From a virus, in IMG/VR virus record IMGVR_UViG_3300026132_000002, positions 2,763-66,762 of that record: 64,000 bases of DNA; one strand, 5' to 3'. This document shows positions 56,958 through 64,000 of the stretch, in pieces (the stretch's first letter is position 1; every line of letters begins with the position of its first letter). Both the position numbers and the translations under genes were made by a program. The notes beneath the pieces are model-generated. The model saw only the letters and a list, made by a program, of their open reading frames with translations. It did no database searches and was not told the origin of the DNA.

Positions 56958-57196
56958 TACTTCGATCCTCCATTCGGGAACTTGTGTAGTGAATCTTTCC
57001 ATTTGCGACACGGAAAGCCGGTAAAATAACGCAATAGCGGCCCGTGCTGCGAGACCCATCCCTCTCCTTTCTTGGCGGCATGGGGTTTATCAGCGAAAAA
57101 GGATACCGCACCGTCCGGTTCCGTAGCAACCCATTGGGTGCCTTCCGGTACAGCGAGTTTTACCGTGTAGGAGGGAAGTTTCTTGGGCATTGGCAC
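56957..57196 (-). CDS. Hypothetical phage protein
   Basis: VPEGTQWVATEPDG...W...W.DSL pattern. Confidence 0.65.
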   Translation of the reverse strand: MPMPKKLPSYTVKLAVPEGTQWVATEPDGAVSFFADKPHAAKKGEGWVSQHGPLLRYFTGFPCRKWKDSLHKFPNGGSK

Positions 57197-57240
57197 TCCT
57201 TTGGACCCAGAGGGCGCGTAGCGCCCTCACCCTTTCCCGG

Positions 57241-57525
57241 CTACCGTGCGCGAAGCGCCCGCTTGACGAGCTTCTTGCGCCGCTTGAACGAATCCACGTC
57301 CAGCCGGTAGGAATTGGTAATCGGACGCAACCCATAGGGGTCCTTCTCGGTCACCAGCGACGGCACCGACACCAGATGGATGCCTGCCGGGGGATGCTCC
57401 TCATCGGTGATCTGCCATGCATGATAATTAGTCGCGCCGATACGCGCCGCCCGTCCTGCTTCCTTGGCTTTCCTGCCTCTCACACTGCGCCTCCTTGCGC
57501 GATAGTGACACTGGCAGTATAGCAT
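57241..57525 (-). CDS. Basic hypothetical protein
   Basis: 94-aa Arg/Lys-rich ORF in gene direction. Confidence 0.5.
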   Translation of the reverse strand: MLYCQCHYRARRRSVRGRKAKEAGRAARIGATNYHAWQITDEEHPPAGIHLVSVPSLVTEKDPYGLRPITNSYRLDVDSFKRRKKLVKRALRAR

Positions 57526-57784
57526 GTTTTGTCAGGGACGCGGGCTAGGTCTAGAAGCGCCAATCCAGTTGCAGGCCGACCTTGAGAAAGCCCAGATGCA
57601 GCCCGGTGAAAAGCCCATTGCGGGGAATGTGGGAAATACGCAGGCCAAGGGAAAAATCATGCCAGTCCCACACGGTCCACGGGGTAAGGGAAGGATTAGT
57701 TTTCATCTTCTTCCTTCAGGCCAAGAGGATTGAGAAGGTGGGACAGCAGGAACAGCACGACACCTCCAAGGATGAGCCATTTCT

Positions 57785-58063
57785 TCATGAGGAATTGCCA
57801 CCGCACTCGGCGCATTCGCCGGACTCATACACGCTCGGCCTGCCACACTCGCAGGTCAGGCTGCGCATATCGGCACCGCGCGGGCGTGCCATCAAGGCCC
57901 GGGCTGTCTCTCTAGCTGCGGGGAGAGCCGCGCACCATGTGCGCCACATCATTCGCAGGGTGGGATCGATATACTCCCCGGCCCATAGCCCGTCTGCATA
58001 GCGGGTGAAGTTGCGGTAGCCCTGCTGGTAAGCGTGAGCTTCAAAACGGTTAACTTCAGTCAT
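57785..58063 (-). CDS. Hypothetical protein with C-terminal zinc finger
   Basis: CECG...CAECGG; ATGA coupling. Confidence 0.6.
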   Translation of the reverse strand: MTEVNRFEAHAYQQGYRNFTRYADGLWAGEYIDPTLRMMWRTWCAALPAARETARALMARPRGADMRSLTCECGRPSVYESGECAECGGNSS

Positions 58064-58230
58064 GGTTCTTTCCCCTGAGCAGCGTTGTTCTGCTGCGCAC
58101 TTCGTGTCTTGCGATACGGCCCGACTTCAACCTTGATCGGCTTACCGGGGGTCATATCGCGCAGGAAGCCAGACAGGCGCTCGATCATGCGCTCGCGGTT
58201 TTCTTTTGGGATGATGAAGATTTGGGTCAT
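58060..58230 (-). pseudogene. Truncated NinB/Orf-like fragment
   Basis: KPIKVEVGPYRKTRSAQQN resembles the NinB N-terminus, then stops after 8 residues. Confidence 0.55.
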
Positions 58231-58231
58231 C

Positions 58232-58468
58232 TTAGTTGTGTTCCATCTGTCCCTTGGCATTCAACTGAACGCCAGCGCGTCTAGCCGAATATTTGTGTAC
58301 GCTGGGGAAAAATGTTACGGTTCCAACTTCAGAAACGTAAAATAAATTACCCCCCGAAACCCGCTCTCCGCCTGAATGACATATGTACGCTTCAAATAGA
58401 AATTCACCGTCCGTATCAAACCGCACAAAAAACCCTTCTTCGCAATCCTTTTCTTTCCATACTTTCAT
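58232..58468 (-). CDS. Hypothetical protein
   Basis: AAGGAG RBS. Confidence 0.6.
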   Translation of the reverse strand: MKVWKEKDCEEGFFVRFDTDGEFLFEAYICHSGGERVSGGNLFYVSEVGTVTFFPSVHKYSARRAGVQLNAKGQMEHN

Positions 58469-58504
58469 GTCTATATCTCCTTTATGGCCGGACTCGAAAT
58501 TTCC

Positions 58505-58636
58505 TCAGATTGATCGAGATTTTATCAGTAATCGCCATTTTCCGGCCTTTCGCTCGAAATTTCCCCAGAATGTTCCACCTGCCCGGATCAGGGACAAGCC
58601 GATGATGCCAATACCAACCCAGAAGCTTGCGTTCAT
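58505..58636 (-). CDS. Small membrane peptide (43 aa, absent from ORF track)
   Basis: MNASFWVGIGIIGLSLIR; ATGA overlap and GAGGGG RBS. Confidence 0.5.
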   Translation of the reverse strand: MNASFWVGIGIIGLSLIRAGGTFWGNFERKAGKWRLLIKSRSI

Positions 58637-59217
58637 GTGCCCCTCACTGAATCGTTGTAGGTGGGAACTATTGTGTCCCCGCGCACCACGACCTTGAGAA
58701 TCCGGTGGGGCGGGTAATGCTCCATGCAGCCGGGGACCTTGTGGCGATAGCCGGTGCGGATGATCGCGGCGGCGTGTTCGGTCCCCTTCGCGCCTGAAAT
58801 AACGTTGTAGCTATACACGCGCCCATCATCCAGATACACCGCCACGCTGGCCGCAGGTTCGGGGTCGGCGTTCTCCGGGAGCATCGCGTCACGGGCCACA
58901 TCCGCCGTCACCGGCTCAAAACGAACGGCCCCGTTGCCAAGGACGCGTGTTTCAACAGTGTGAAACAGCCGCTGCGGGGAATCTGCGGGCGCTTTATCCT
59001 CACAATTGGCGAAGCGCAGCTTCTCAAACCATTGCTCGATCTGCGGATTGTGCTTACCCACTGACGCTACACCGAGGTAACTCTCTTCGCCCCACCATCC
59101 CGAGAAGGAAAGCTCACCGGGCTTGTATTCAATGACCAGCAGGTGCCTTTTGTCCAGATAAAATTCCAGTCCCACACCGGAATCCCCGTCGCATGCAACC
59201 ACTTTCAGCTTTCTCAT
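58633..59217 (-). CDS. Two-domain hypothetical protein
   Basis: GGAG RBS before MRKLK; C-terminal VYLDDGRVY...EHA..II.TGYRH...EHYPPHRILKV domain. Confidence 0.6.
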   Translation of the reverse strand: MRKLKVVACDGDSGVGLEFYLDKRHLLVIEYKPGELSFSGWWGEESYLGVASVGKHNPQIEQWFEKLRFANCEDKAPADSPQRLFHTVETRVLGNGAVRFEPVTADVARDAMLPENADPEPAASVAVYLDDGRVYSYNVISGAKGTEHAAAIIRTGYRHKVPGCMEHYPPHRILKVVVRGDTIVPTYNDSVRGT

Positions 59218-59373
59218 CAGCTTATCTCCAAAAGGTACCGCCCAGCTTCCTCCATACCCACACCGCCGGAAGAAGTACGCCATACACCAACAGGAGCTTG
59301 GCCCCATCAATAATTTTCTGCAACATGCTCTTAAAGTCTCCTAAATGGGGTTTAGACGCTCTTAAGGTATGAT

Positions 59374-59652
59374 TTATAAATCAGTACCCCTCACATCCCC
59401 CGTTTCACAGCCCGGGTGTGGAATCTGGTGCATATGCACCCACCCGTTCGGCACATAATGGCCGTGACCATCCTTGGTCACGATTTGATGGCCCCTCGGG
59501 GTCACGGCCAGCCACTCCGGCTCATCGATGTAGACCTTGACTTTACGCCCCCGGCTGATAAAAACATACACCCGGCGCTTTTCAGTGGAAATGTCCCGCC
59601 AGTCATGATCGGTTCGGGGATGGCGCGGCATGGGGTCCTCATTAGCAGTCAT
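59374..59652 (-). CDS. Hypothetical phage protein
   Basis: DISTE..RVY.F...I.EP..L.V...GH....DG..HYVP.GW. Confidence 0.65.
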   Translation of the reverse strand: MTANEDPMPRHPRTDHDWRDISTEKRRVYVFISRGRKVKVYIDEPEWLAVTPRGHQIVTKDGHGHYVPNGWVHMHQIPHPGCETGDVRGTDL

Positions 59653-59663
59653 GGTTACCGGGC

Positions 59664-59672
59664 ATTATAGCA
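59664..59672 (-). promoter_or_regulatory. Extended -10 promoter
   Basis: TGcTATAAT on - strand just downstream of a terminator. Confidence 0.7.
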
Positions 59673-59747
59673 TGGGGCTACTAAATATAATCAAAAACAC
59701 TTTTTTCAGTGGTCGTTTGTGGAGCGGACCAAGACAGGGACCCACAT

Positions 59748-59809
59748 AAAAAAATGCGCGTCGGCCCCACCCCCTACCCCCTACGGGATAAAGAATGGAA
59801 CCGACGCGC
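59748..59809 (-). terminator. Long-stem Rho-independent terminator
   Basis: GCGCGTCGG...CCGACGCGC followed by A and T7. Confidence 0.7.
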
Positions 59810-59819
59810 TACCGGAGAA

Positions 59820-60629
59820 TTAGTACTTGGCTGGTGCCTGCTTGGTGCGAGTACGTTTATTCTTCCGCTTGTCCCGCTTGCGACTGGTGCGCGTGGATTG
59901 CATGCGTTCGGTTTTCACCTTGGCCGCTTTCGTGCCGCCCTGTTCCCATCGCACATTGCCGTTTGCATCCTTGCGGAATCCAGAATCGCTAAATGATGTC
60001 ATGGACCAATCGCCGGACCACACTGCCGCTTCGTGCTCATCGACGGTTACAGGGGACGTGTAAAGCGCCTCGGGCATATGCGAATACCAGCATCCGCCAT
60101 GCCTATATCCGGACTGGTCCGTGTCCACCTTGAAGGATCGCTCAGGGTCACGATGAATGAACACCAGCCGCGAGTACCCCACCATGCGACGCAGGGCCAT
60201 GCGGAATCGCTTATCCGTGAGCGGGTCCGCTAGATCGCTTTGCTTGTACGCGGCGGACATATACCCGACCCACTCCGCAAACCGCGCGGTATCGGATTTG
60301 TCTGTACCCGCTAGTGCCGCGAACGTGCCCATGACGCCGTTATGCATCACTAGCCAATCCTGATTGATCCGAAATGGATGTACGTTAGCGAGGTCCAGAC
60401 TGCCATGCGTCGCAATGCGCATATGCAAGTAGCGCGGGGTATCGGCAGGCAGTGAACAGGCAAAGTCCAGTAGCTTAAATTGCTTCTTGTCACTGAACGC
60501 CCGCGCGGTAACCCGCTTTCCTTTGTCCCAATAGACAAGACCCACTCCGTCGGAATTATAAAACTGCTCTTCGTACACAATGCCCGCGTCAAACTCAACG
60601 CCTGTAGGTGCTTCTATGATGATGCACAT
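59820..60629 (-). CDS. Class II (Ntn) glutamine amidotransferase
   Basis: N-terminal Met-Cys, N.DG.G, HMRIATHG, NVHPF, MHNG, SDT. Confidence 0.92.
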   Translation of the reverse strand: MCIIIEAPTGVEFDAGIVYEEQFYNSDGVGLVYWDKGKRVTARAFSDKKQFKLLDFACSLPADTPRYLHMRIATHGSLDLANVHPFRINQDWLVMHNGVMGTFAALAGTDKSDTARFAEWVGYMSAAYKQSDLADPLTDKRFRMALRRMVGYSRLVFIHRDPERSFKVDTDQSGYRHGGCWYSHMPEALYTSPVTVDEHEAAVWSGDWSMTSFSDSGFRKDANGNVRWEQGGTKAAKVKTERMQSTRTSRKRDKRKNKRTRTKQAPAKY

Positions 60630-60644
60630 AATGGAATCCTCCGA

Positions 60645-61490
60645 TTAGATAAAGAGAGTGCGGGCGGCGGCATCGGAAATAACACCGTACCGTTTTGCGT
60701 AACGCTTGCCCGTATCGAATATGTGGAGACCTTCCGCTACCTGATCCGCAATAGATTGTGTAGACAGTCGGAAGGTCTTAGCGCGTTCGATCATGCCGAG
60801 CACAAACACAAACTGCCGCATGAGCAAAACCGCATTATCGAAAGAGCGCGGGAACCTCAATTCGACGGTGCCTTGATGATGCAGTCGGATGGCTGCGTAT
60901 TTTTCCGTAGGCTGGCATAAAGAACCCTCGGGCTGCCTTTGGGTTTTCCAGTTAGACCAGTACTTGCCAAAATGCACCGCCGTCTGTGGGTAGCGTATCG
61001 CTCCAAATGAACAATACGTGCCGTCATCCTGCCGCATAACGCGAGTACGGGTAAAAGCACGCATGGTCCAGCACAAACGTATCAGTCGCGCGAGGTGCAG
61101 CGGTGACGTGATCAGGTCGGATATGTGCATATGGAGCCCGTAATCCTCACCCGGCTCGTCTGCGTAACGCTCAATCCAGTCAAAGAAAGCACCAAACAGC
61201 TCGGGGTGGTCATACATTGACAATGGCGACGTGATGACCTCGATGCCGTTGTCTCCCAAACTCCCGTCCAGCTCGACCGTGAAACACTGGGGCAGGCCGC
61301 GCGAAAGAGAAATGCATTCCAGATCGTCGCCCATCGATCCGACCAATTCCCTGCTTTCGTCGTCGTAGTCGTACACCAGATACTCGTACGGTGCATTAAT
61401 TTCGGCCTCGATACCAATCAGGCCGCGCGATCCTAGCGCACGCGACTTGCAAGCCTCGCCGTTGTGGTAGTCATAAATTGCAATGCTCAT
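60645..61490 (-). CDS. Amidoligase (COOH-NH2 ligase family)
   Basis: GIEAE, DGSL, GIEVITSPL, GLHMHIS, KYAAI, TVELRF; adjacent to amidotransferase. Confidence 0.88.
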   Translation of the reverse strand: MSIAIYDYHNGEACKSRALGSRGLIGIEAEINAPYEYLVYDYDDESRELVGSMGDDLECISLSRGLPQCFTVELDGSLGDNGIEVITSPLSMYDHPELFGAFFDWIERYADEPGEDYGLHMHISDLITSPLHLARLIRLCWTMRAFTRTRVMRQDDGTYCSFGAIRYPQTAVHFGKYWSNWKTQRQPEGSLCQPTEKYAAIRLHHQGTVELRFPRSFDNAVLLMRQFVFVLGMIERAKTFRLSTQSIADQVAEGLHIFDTGKRYAKRYGVISDAAARTLFI

Positions 61491-61532
61491 AGCTCTAAAC
61501 CCTCCGGGTTAGATAAAAAGAAAAGGCGGGGA

Positions 61533-61952
61533 TTATTCCCCGCCCAGACATCCGCTGTGCTTGTAAAACTCGGCGATGTCCCCGTGCGAAAAACCGCATA
61601 GTTCGATCAGATCAAACTGGACTTTTTCAGCTAGCAGATCAAGCGCCTGTTTGACGGTCTCAAACTCGTCAAAGGAACGCTCTGTCTTGTATTGAACCCG
61701 GGTATTGTGAATAGCTAAAGCGAACGCTCCAAGCACTACGTAAGGATCAGGCAGGGATGACAATTCCGATTCCAGCCGGTGGGAAATTGTGTTCAGCACT
61801 ACATGCAAAGCCGTAGTGCATGCACTAGGATTCCCGCCGGTCTCCGCGCGAAAAACCTCATACGCGTATTCGATTGCTTCCCGCACATTGGTACGTGTAG
61901 CAAACAAATCCACGTACAGGGACCGCACAAATTGTATTAACTGTTTCATCAT
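61533..61952 (-). CDS. Hypothetical protein
   Basis: GGAGGG RBS; DLFAT...EA..YA...TALHVVLNT. Confidence 0.7.
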   Translation of the reverse strand: MMKQLIQFVRSLYVDLFATRTNVREAIEYAYEVFRAETGGNPSACTTALHVVLNTISHRLESELSSLPDPYVVLGAFALAIHNTRVQYKTERSFDEFETVKQALDLLAEKVQFDLIELCGFSHGDIAEFYKHSGCLGGE

Positions 61953-62227
61953 TCACCCTCCGATTTCGGTTCCAGCACAACAACGGGAAACTCGCCGCAT
62001 GTACGGTGATAATCCCATTCCACCCGGGCGCCGCATTCTGCAATGAACGCCTCAAGATCAAAAGAGCGGCCCTGCCCAAAATGCAACTCCGTCATCCAAA
62101 AGCTGCCAAGGCGGGCCAGCAGGTCGCGTGCGCCAGCACGCTCTTGTTCGGTTCCGTAATCCCGAATGTGCTCAATCTCCAAGCGCAGAAACCGTGCTTG
62201 GTGCATCGCGTCGGATTTGGTCATCAT
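61949..62227 (-). CDS. Hypothetical protein
   Basis: GGAGGG RBS; SFDLEAFIAECG. Confidence 0.7.
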   Translation of the reverse strand: MMTKSDAMHQARFLRLEIEHIRDYGTEQERAGARDLLARLGSFWMTELHFGQGRSFDLEAFIAECGARVEWDYHRTCGEFPVVVLEPKSEGE

Positions 62228-62376
62228 ATTAGTACCCTCCGGTAAAAATAGTCAGCTAACTAGATCAATCGCACCTGCTACACGTAGTGCGGGGTTTCGG
62301 CCCCGACCTATTCACTAGGCATAGCGTCCAAATTGATAAAGATCAGGCTAGTTATATCTAACTAGCTAGTGGGTAC

Positions 62377-62574
62377 ATCCTCCCACAAAGCGCACACCGT
62401 GTCAATACGCGCCCGTGCGCGAGTAACATAAAAAATTGCCCTTTGTCAATACGTGATAACGAAAAGGAATAATGGGATTTGACAGGTAGAAAAAATTGTG
62501 CTAGATGGGGTGTACTGGTCGAGTAGCACACCAGATCAGCGAGGGTTGACACGGATTTTTATTTGTGTTAGAGG
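62377..62574. promoter_or_regulatory. Cluster of four TTGACA promoter-like elements, two leftward and two rightward
   Basis: TTGACA on - at 62400-62405 and 62444-62449, on + at 62479-62484 and 62546-62551. Confidence 0.6.
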
Positions 62575-62652
62575 GGCGCCGGGTTGCTCTCATCGTGCGA
62601 ATCACGGCCCTATGCGCCCGAGTGCCGGAAACGAAAAATACCTACACGGGAT

Positions 62653-62694
62653 AAAAAAATCCCCTACGGAAGAAAATCCCTCCCATAGGGGAAT
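62653..62694 (-). terminator. Rho-independent terminator
   Basis: - strand TCCCCTATGGGA-loop-TTCCGTAGGGGA followed by a T-tract. Confidence 0.7.
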
Positions 62695-62901
62695 ATCTCT
62701 CCTAATCCCTGCTACGCCTGTATTTAGCTACCCCACTACGGGCCTGTCTGGGAAAACCTTGCTACGCTCTTGTGAAGGCCCTTAATCGCTACATTCTGCC
62801 CTCTGTCTTCCTAATGCTGTAGGGCTTTTCCTCTTCCCTAGAAAATGAAGGAAATAAAAACGTACAAGGCCGCTCATAATTACCTGTACGCGCAAGGTCG
62901 C

Positions 62902-62990
62902 AACCATGACCATCACCATCACCATGGTGACAAGGGCAGTTGACGCGCAGTGCCCGCCATCGCCATCACCATGACCATCACCATCATGGC
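62902..62990. repeat. Two tracts of imperfect ACCATC hexamer repeats
   Basis: ACCATGACCATCACCATCACCATG and GCCATCGCCATCACCATGACCATCACCATCATG. Confidence 0.85.
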
Positions 62991-63012
62991 TTATATAAAC
63001 TTGGGGACAGGA

Positions 63013-63381
63013 TCATTTCTTCAAAGTCTCACGGATGCCCGCCTGTTCCATGATCCGGTCCATCGTGGTCAAGGACATATCCGCGCTCCAGTAATCGGAG
63101 AAGACTTCCCGGGCATCGGTCTCTACCGCACTGGCAAGCATCGCCACGGTAAACGTGTACGGGGTGCCACCGCTGGTATTGGTAAAATCCACTTCCAAGT
63201 AATCCAGTTCCCCGAGCATGTAAAGCACGAAAGCAAAAGGGGTGGACCTCTTGGGGATGGCATGAATCTCCCCTTCTTCATCGCGTACATGGATAGGCTC
63301 ATACCCAAGCCGACCCGCTCGCTCGATCAAGGCCATGAGATAGAAAGGCACAAGGGCCAAAGACTTGTCGTATTTCTCCAT
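63013..63381 (-). CDS. Hypothetical acidic protein
   Basis: AGGAGG RBS; 122 aa. Confidence 0.7.
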   Translation of the reverse strand: MEKYDKSLALVPFYLMALIERAGRLGYEPIHVRDEEGEIHAIPKRSTPFAFVLYMLGELDYLEVDFTNTSGGTPYTFTVAMLASAVETDAREVFSDYWSADMSLTTMDRIMEQAGIRETLKK

Positions 63382-63393
63382 TAGATAAACCTC

Positions 63394-63690
63394 CTAGGGA
63401 ATCATATCCATGATGGCATCAACCGCCTGCCTCTTGGAAAGACGATCCAATACCTCGGTAATGGCGGCGCGGGTCTCATCCCGTGCCCGTCCCCTTAATT
63501 CGTCATCGAACTCCACCGTTACCGGGAAGTCGGTGATCTTGCCGAAGCATTCCTTCAGGGCGGTGCGTTGGGCTTCCCGATCCTCCGTGTCATCGAAGAT
63601 GAAGGGGCCAAGTATCTCAAAGGAAGCCCCGCAAATCCCGACCGAAGGATCACCCTCGGTCCATGCAATGGCGCTCTTGGCACTAATCAT
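63394..63690 (-). CDS. Hypothetical protein
   Basis: AGGAGG RBS before MISAK; GDPSVGI motif. Confidence 0.7.
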   Translation of the reverse strand: MISAKSAIAWTEGDPSVGICGASFEILGPFIFDDTEDREAQRTALKECFGKITDFPVTVEFDDELRGRARDETRAAITEVLDRLSKRQAVDAIMDMIP

Positions 63691-64000
63691 GCTTTTCCTC
63701 CTTTGGCTTAATTGAATGAAGCAATGAATGAAGCTGTTCACTCATCCTATAGTGGCTCCCGTACAGGGCCTTACTTAGCAACTCCCGAGCCTCGCGGCAA
63801 AAGACCGGGCCGAACCCGTCCGCATCATGCGCCATGATATCCACCGCATTGTCGTACAGGTCGGCGAGCTTGAGCATCTTGGCCTCACGCGGGGCATACT
63901 GCCAGCGTGACACCTCGATCTGCTTACGCAAGCGCCGGTTACCGTCCAAAGGATCGGTGCGGTCCGTCATCCACCACACCAGCGAGGCCACCTCCCGACC
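63683..64000 (-). CDS. HD-domain hydrolase, RelA/SpoT (Mesh1/small alarmone hydrolase)-like, 5' truncated
   Basis: VASLV..MTD...GNR..RK...AK.LKLADLYDN. Confidence 0.78.
   Translation of the reverse strand, partial: GREVASLVWWMTDRTDPLDGNRRLRKQIEVSRWQYAPREAKMLKLADLYDNAVDIMAHDADGFGPVFCREARELLSKALYGSHYRMSEQLHSLLHSIKPKEEKHD

Noticed and set aside
62260-62320. Hammerhead ribozyme-like CTAGTGA...CGAAAC on the - strand
   Set aside because: Core deviates from CUGANGA, and stems II/III and the cleavage triplet do not fit; more simply a set of hairpins
62950-63384. 144-aa + strand ORF beginning in the hexamer repeat
   Set aside because: Antisense to a gene with a strong RBS; N-terminus is just the translated repeat
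1-64000. tRNA genes, integrase, transposase, alternative genetic code
   Set aside because: None recognised by eye; long genes read through under the standard code and end in TAA, TAG or TGA; tRNAscan-SE would be needed to exclude tRNAs

Overview
This window is 64 kb of a large tailed dsDNA bacteriophage with a contractile (myovirus-type) tail; an i-/o-spanin pair points to a Gram-negative host. Layout: (1) + strand recombination/replication operon, 1-8.8 kb (RecA, RuvC, SbcD/SbcC, DnaB, SNF2 helicase, primase); (2) a ~40 kb - strand morphogenesis region running from terminase (48.6 kb) through portal, protease, scaffold, capsid, neck, sheath/tube, tape measure, baseplate and fibres to spanins (8.8 kb); (3) a short + strand island (lysozyme, Hint-like ORF, XRE regulator); (4) - strand accessory/early genes (dNMP kinase, lytic transglycosylase, DUF1643, DEDDh exonuclease, sulfotransferase-like protein, ThyX, glutamine amidotransferase + amidoligase, HD hydrolase) and a non-coding control region at ~62.2-63.0 kb. 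Most notable: a three-domain glycosyltransferase in the head operon plus two sulfotransferase-fold genes (candidate virion glycosylation/sulfation system); a large terminase split into two genes around one of those sulfotransferase-like ORFs; a free-standing degenerate intein/Hint domain; a LysM-like insertion inside the SNF2 helicase; a signal-peptide protein in a terminator-bounded cassette next to the capsid gene; and a probable +1 (UUU-CG) frameshift in the tail chaperones. All calls come from reading motifs by eye; no database searches were run. No tRNA, rRNA, CRISPR array, integrase or transposase was recognised.
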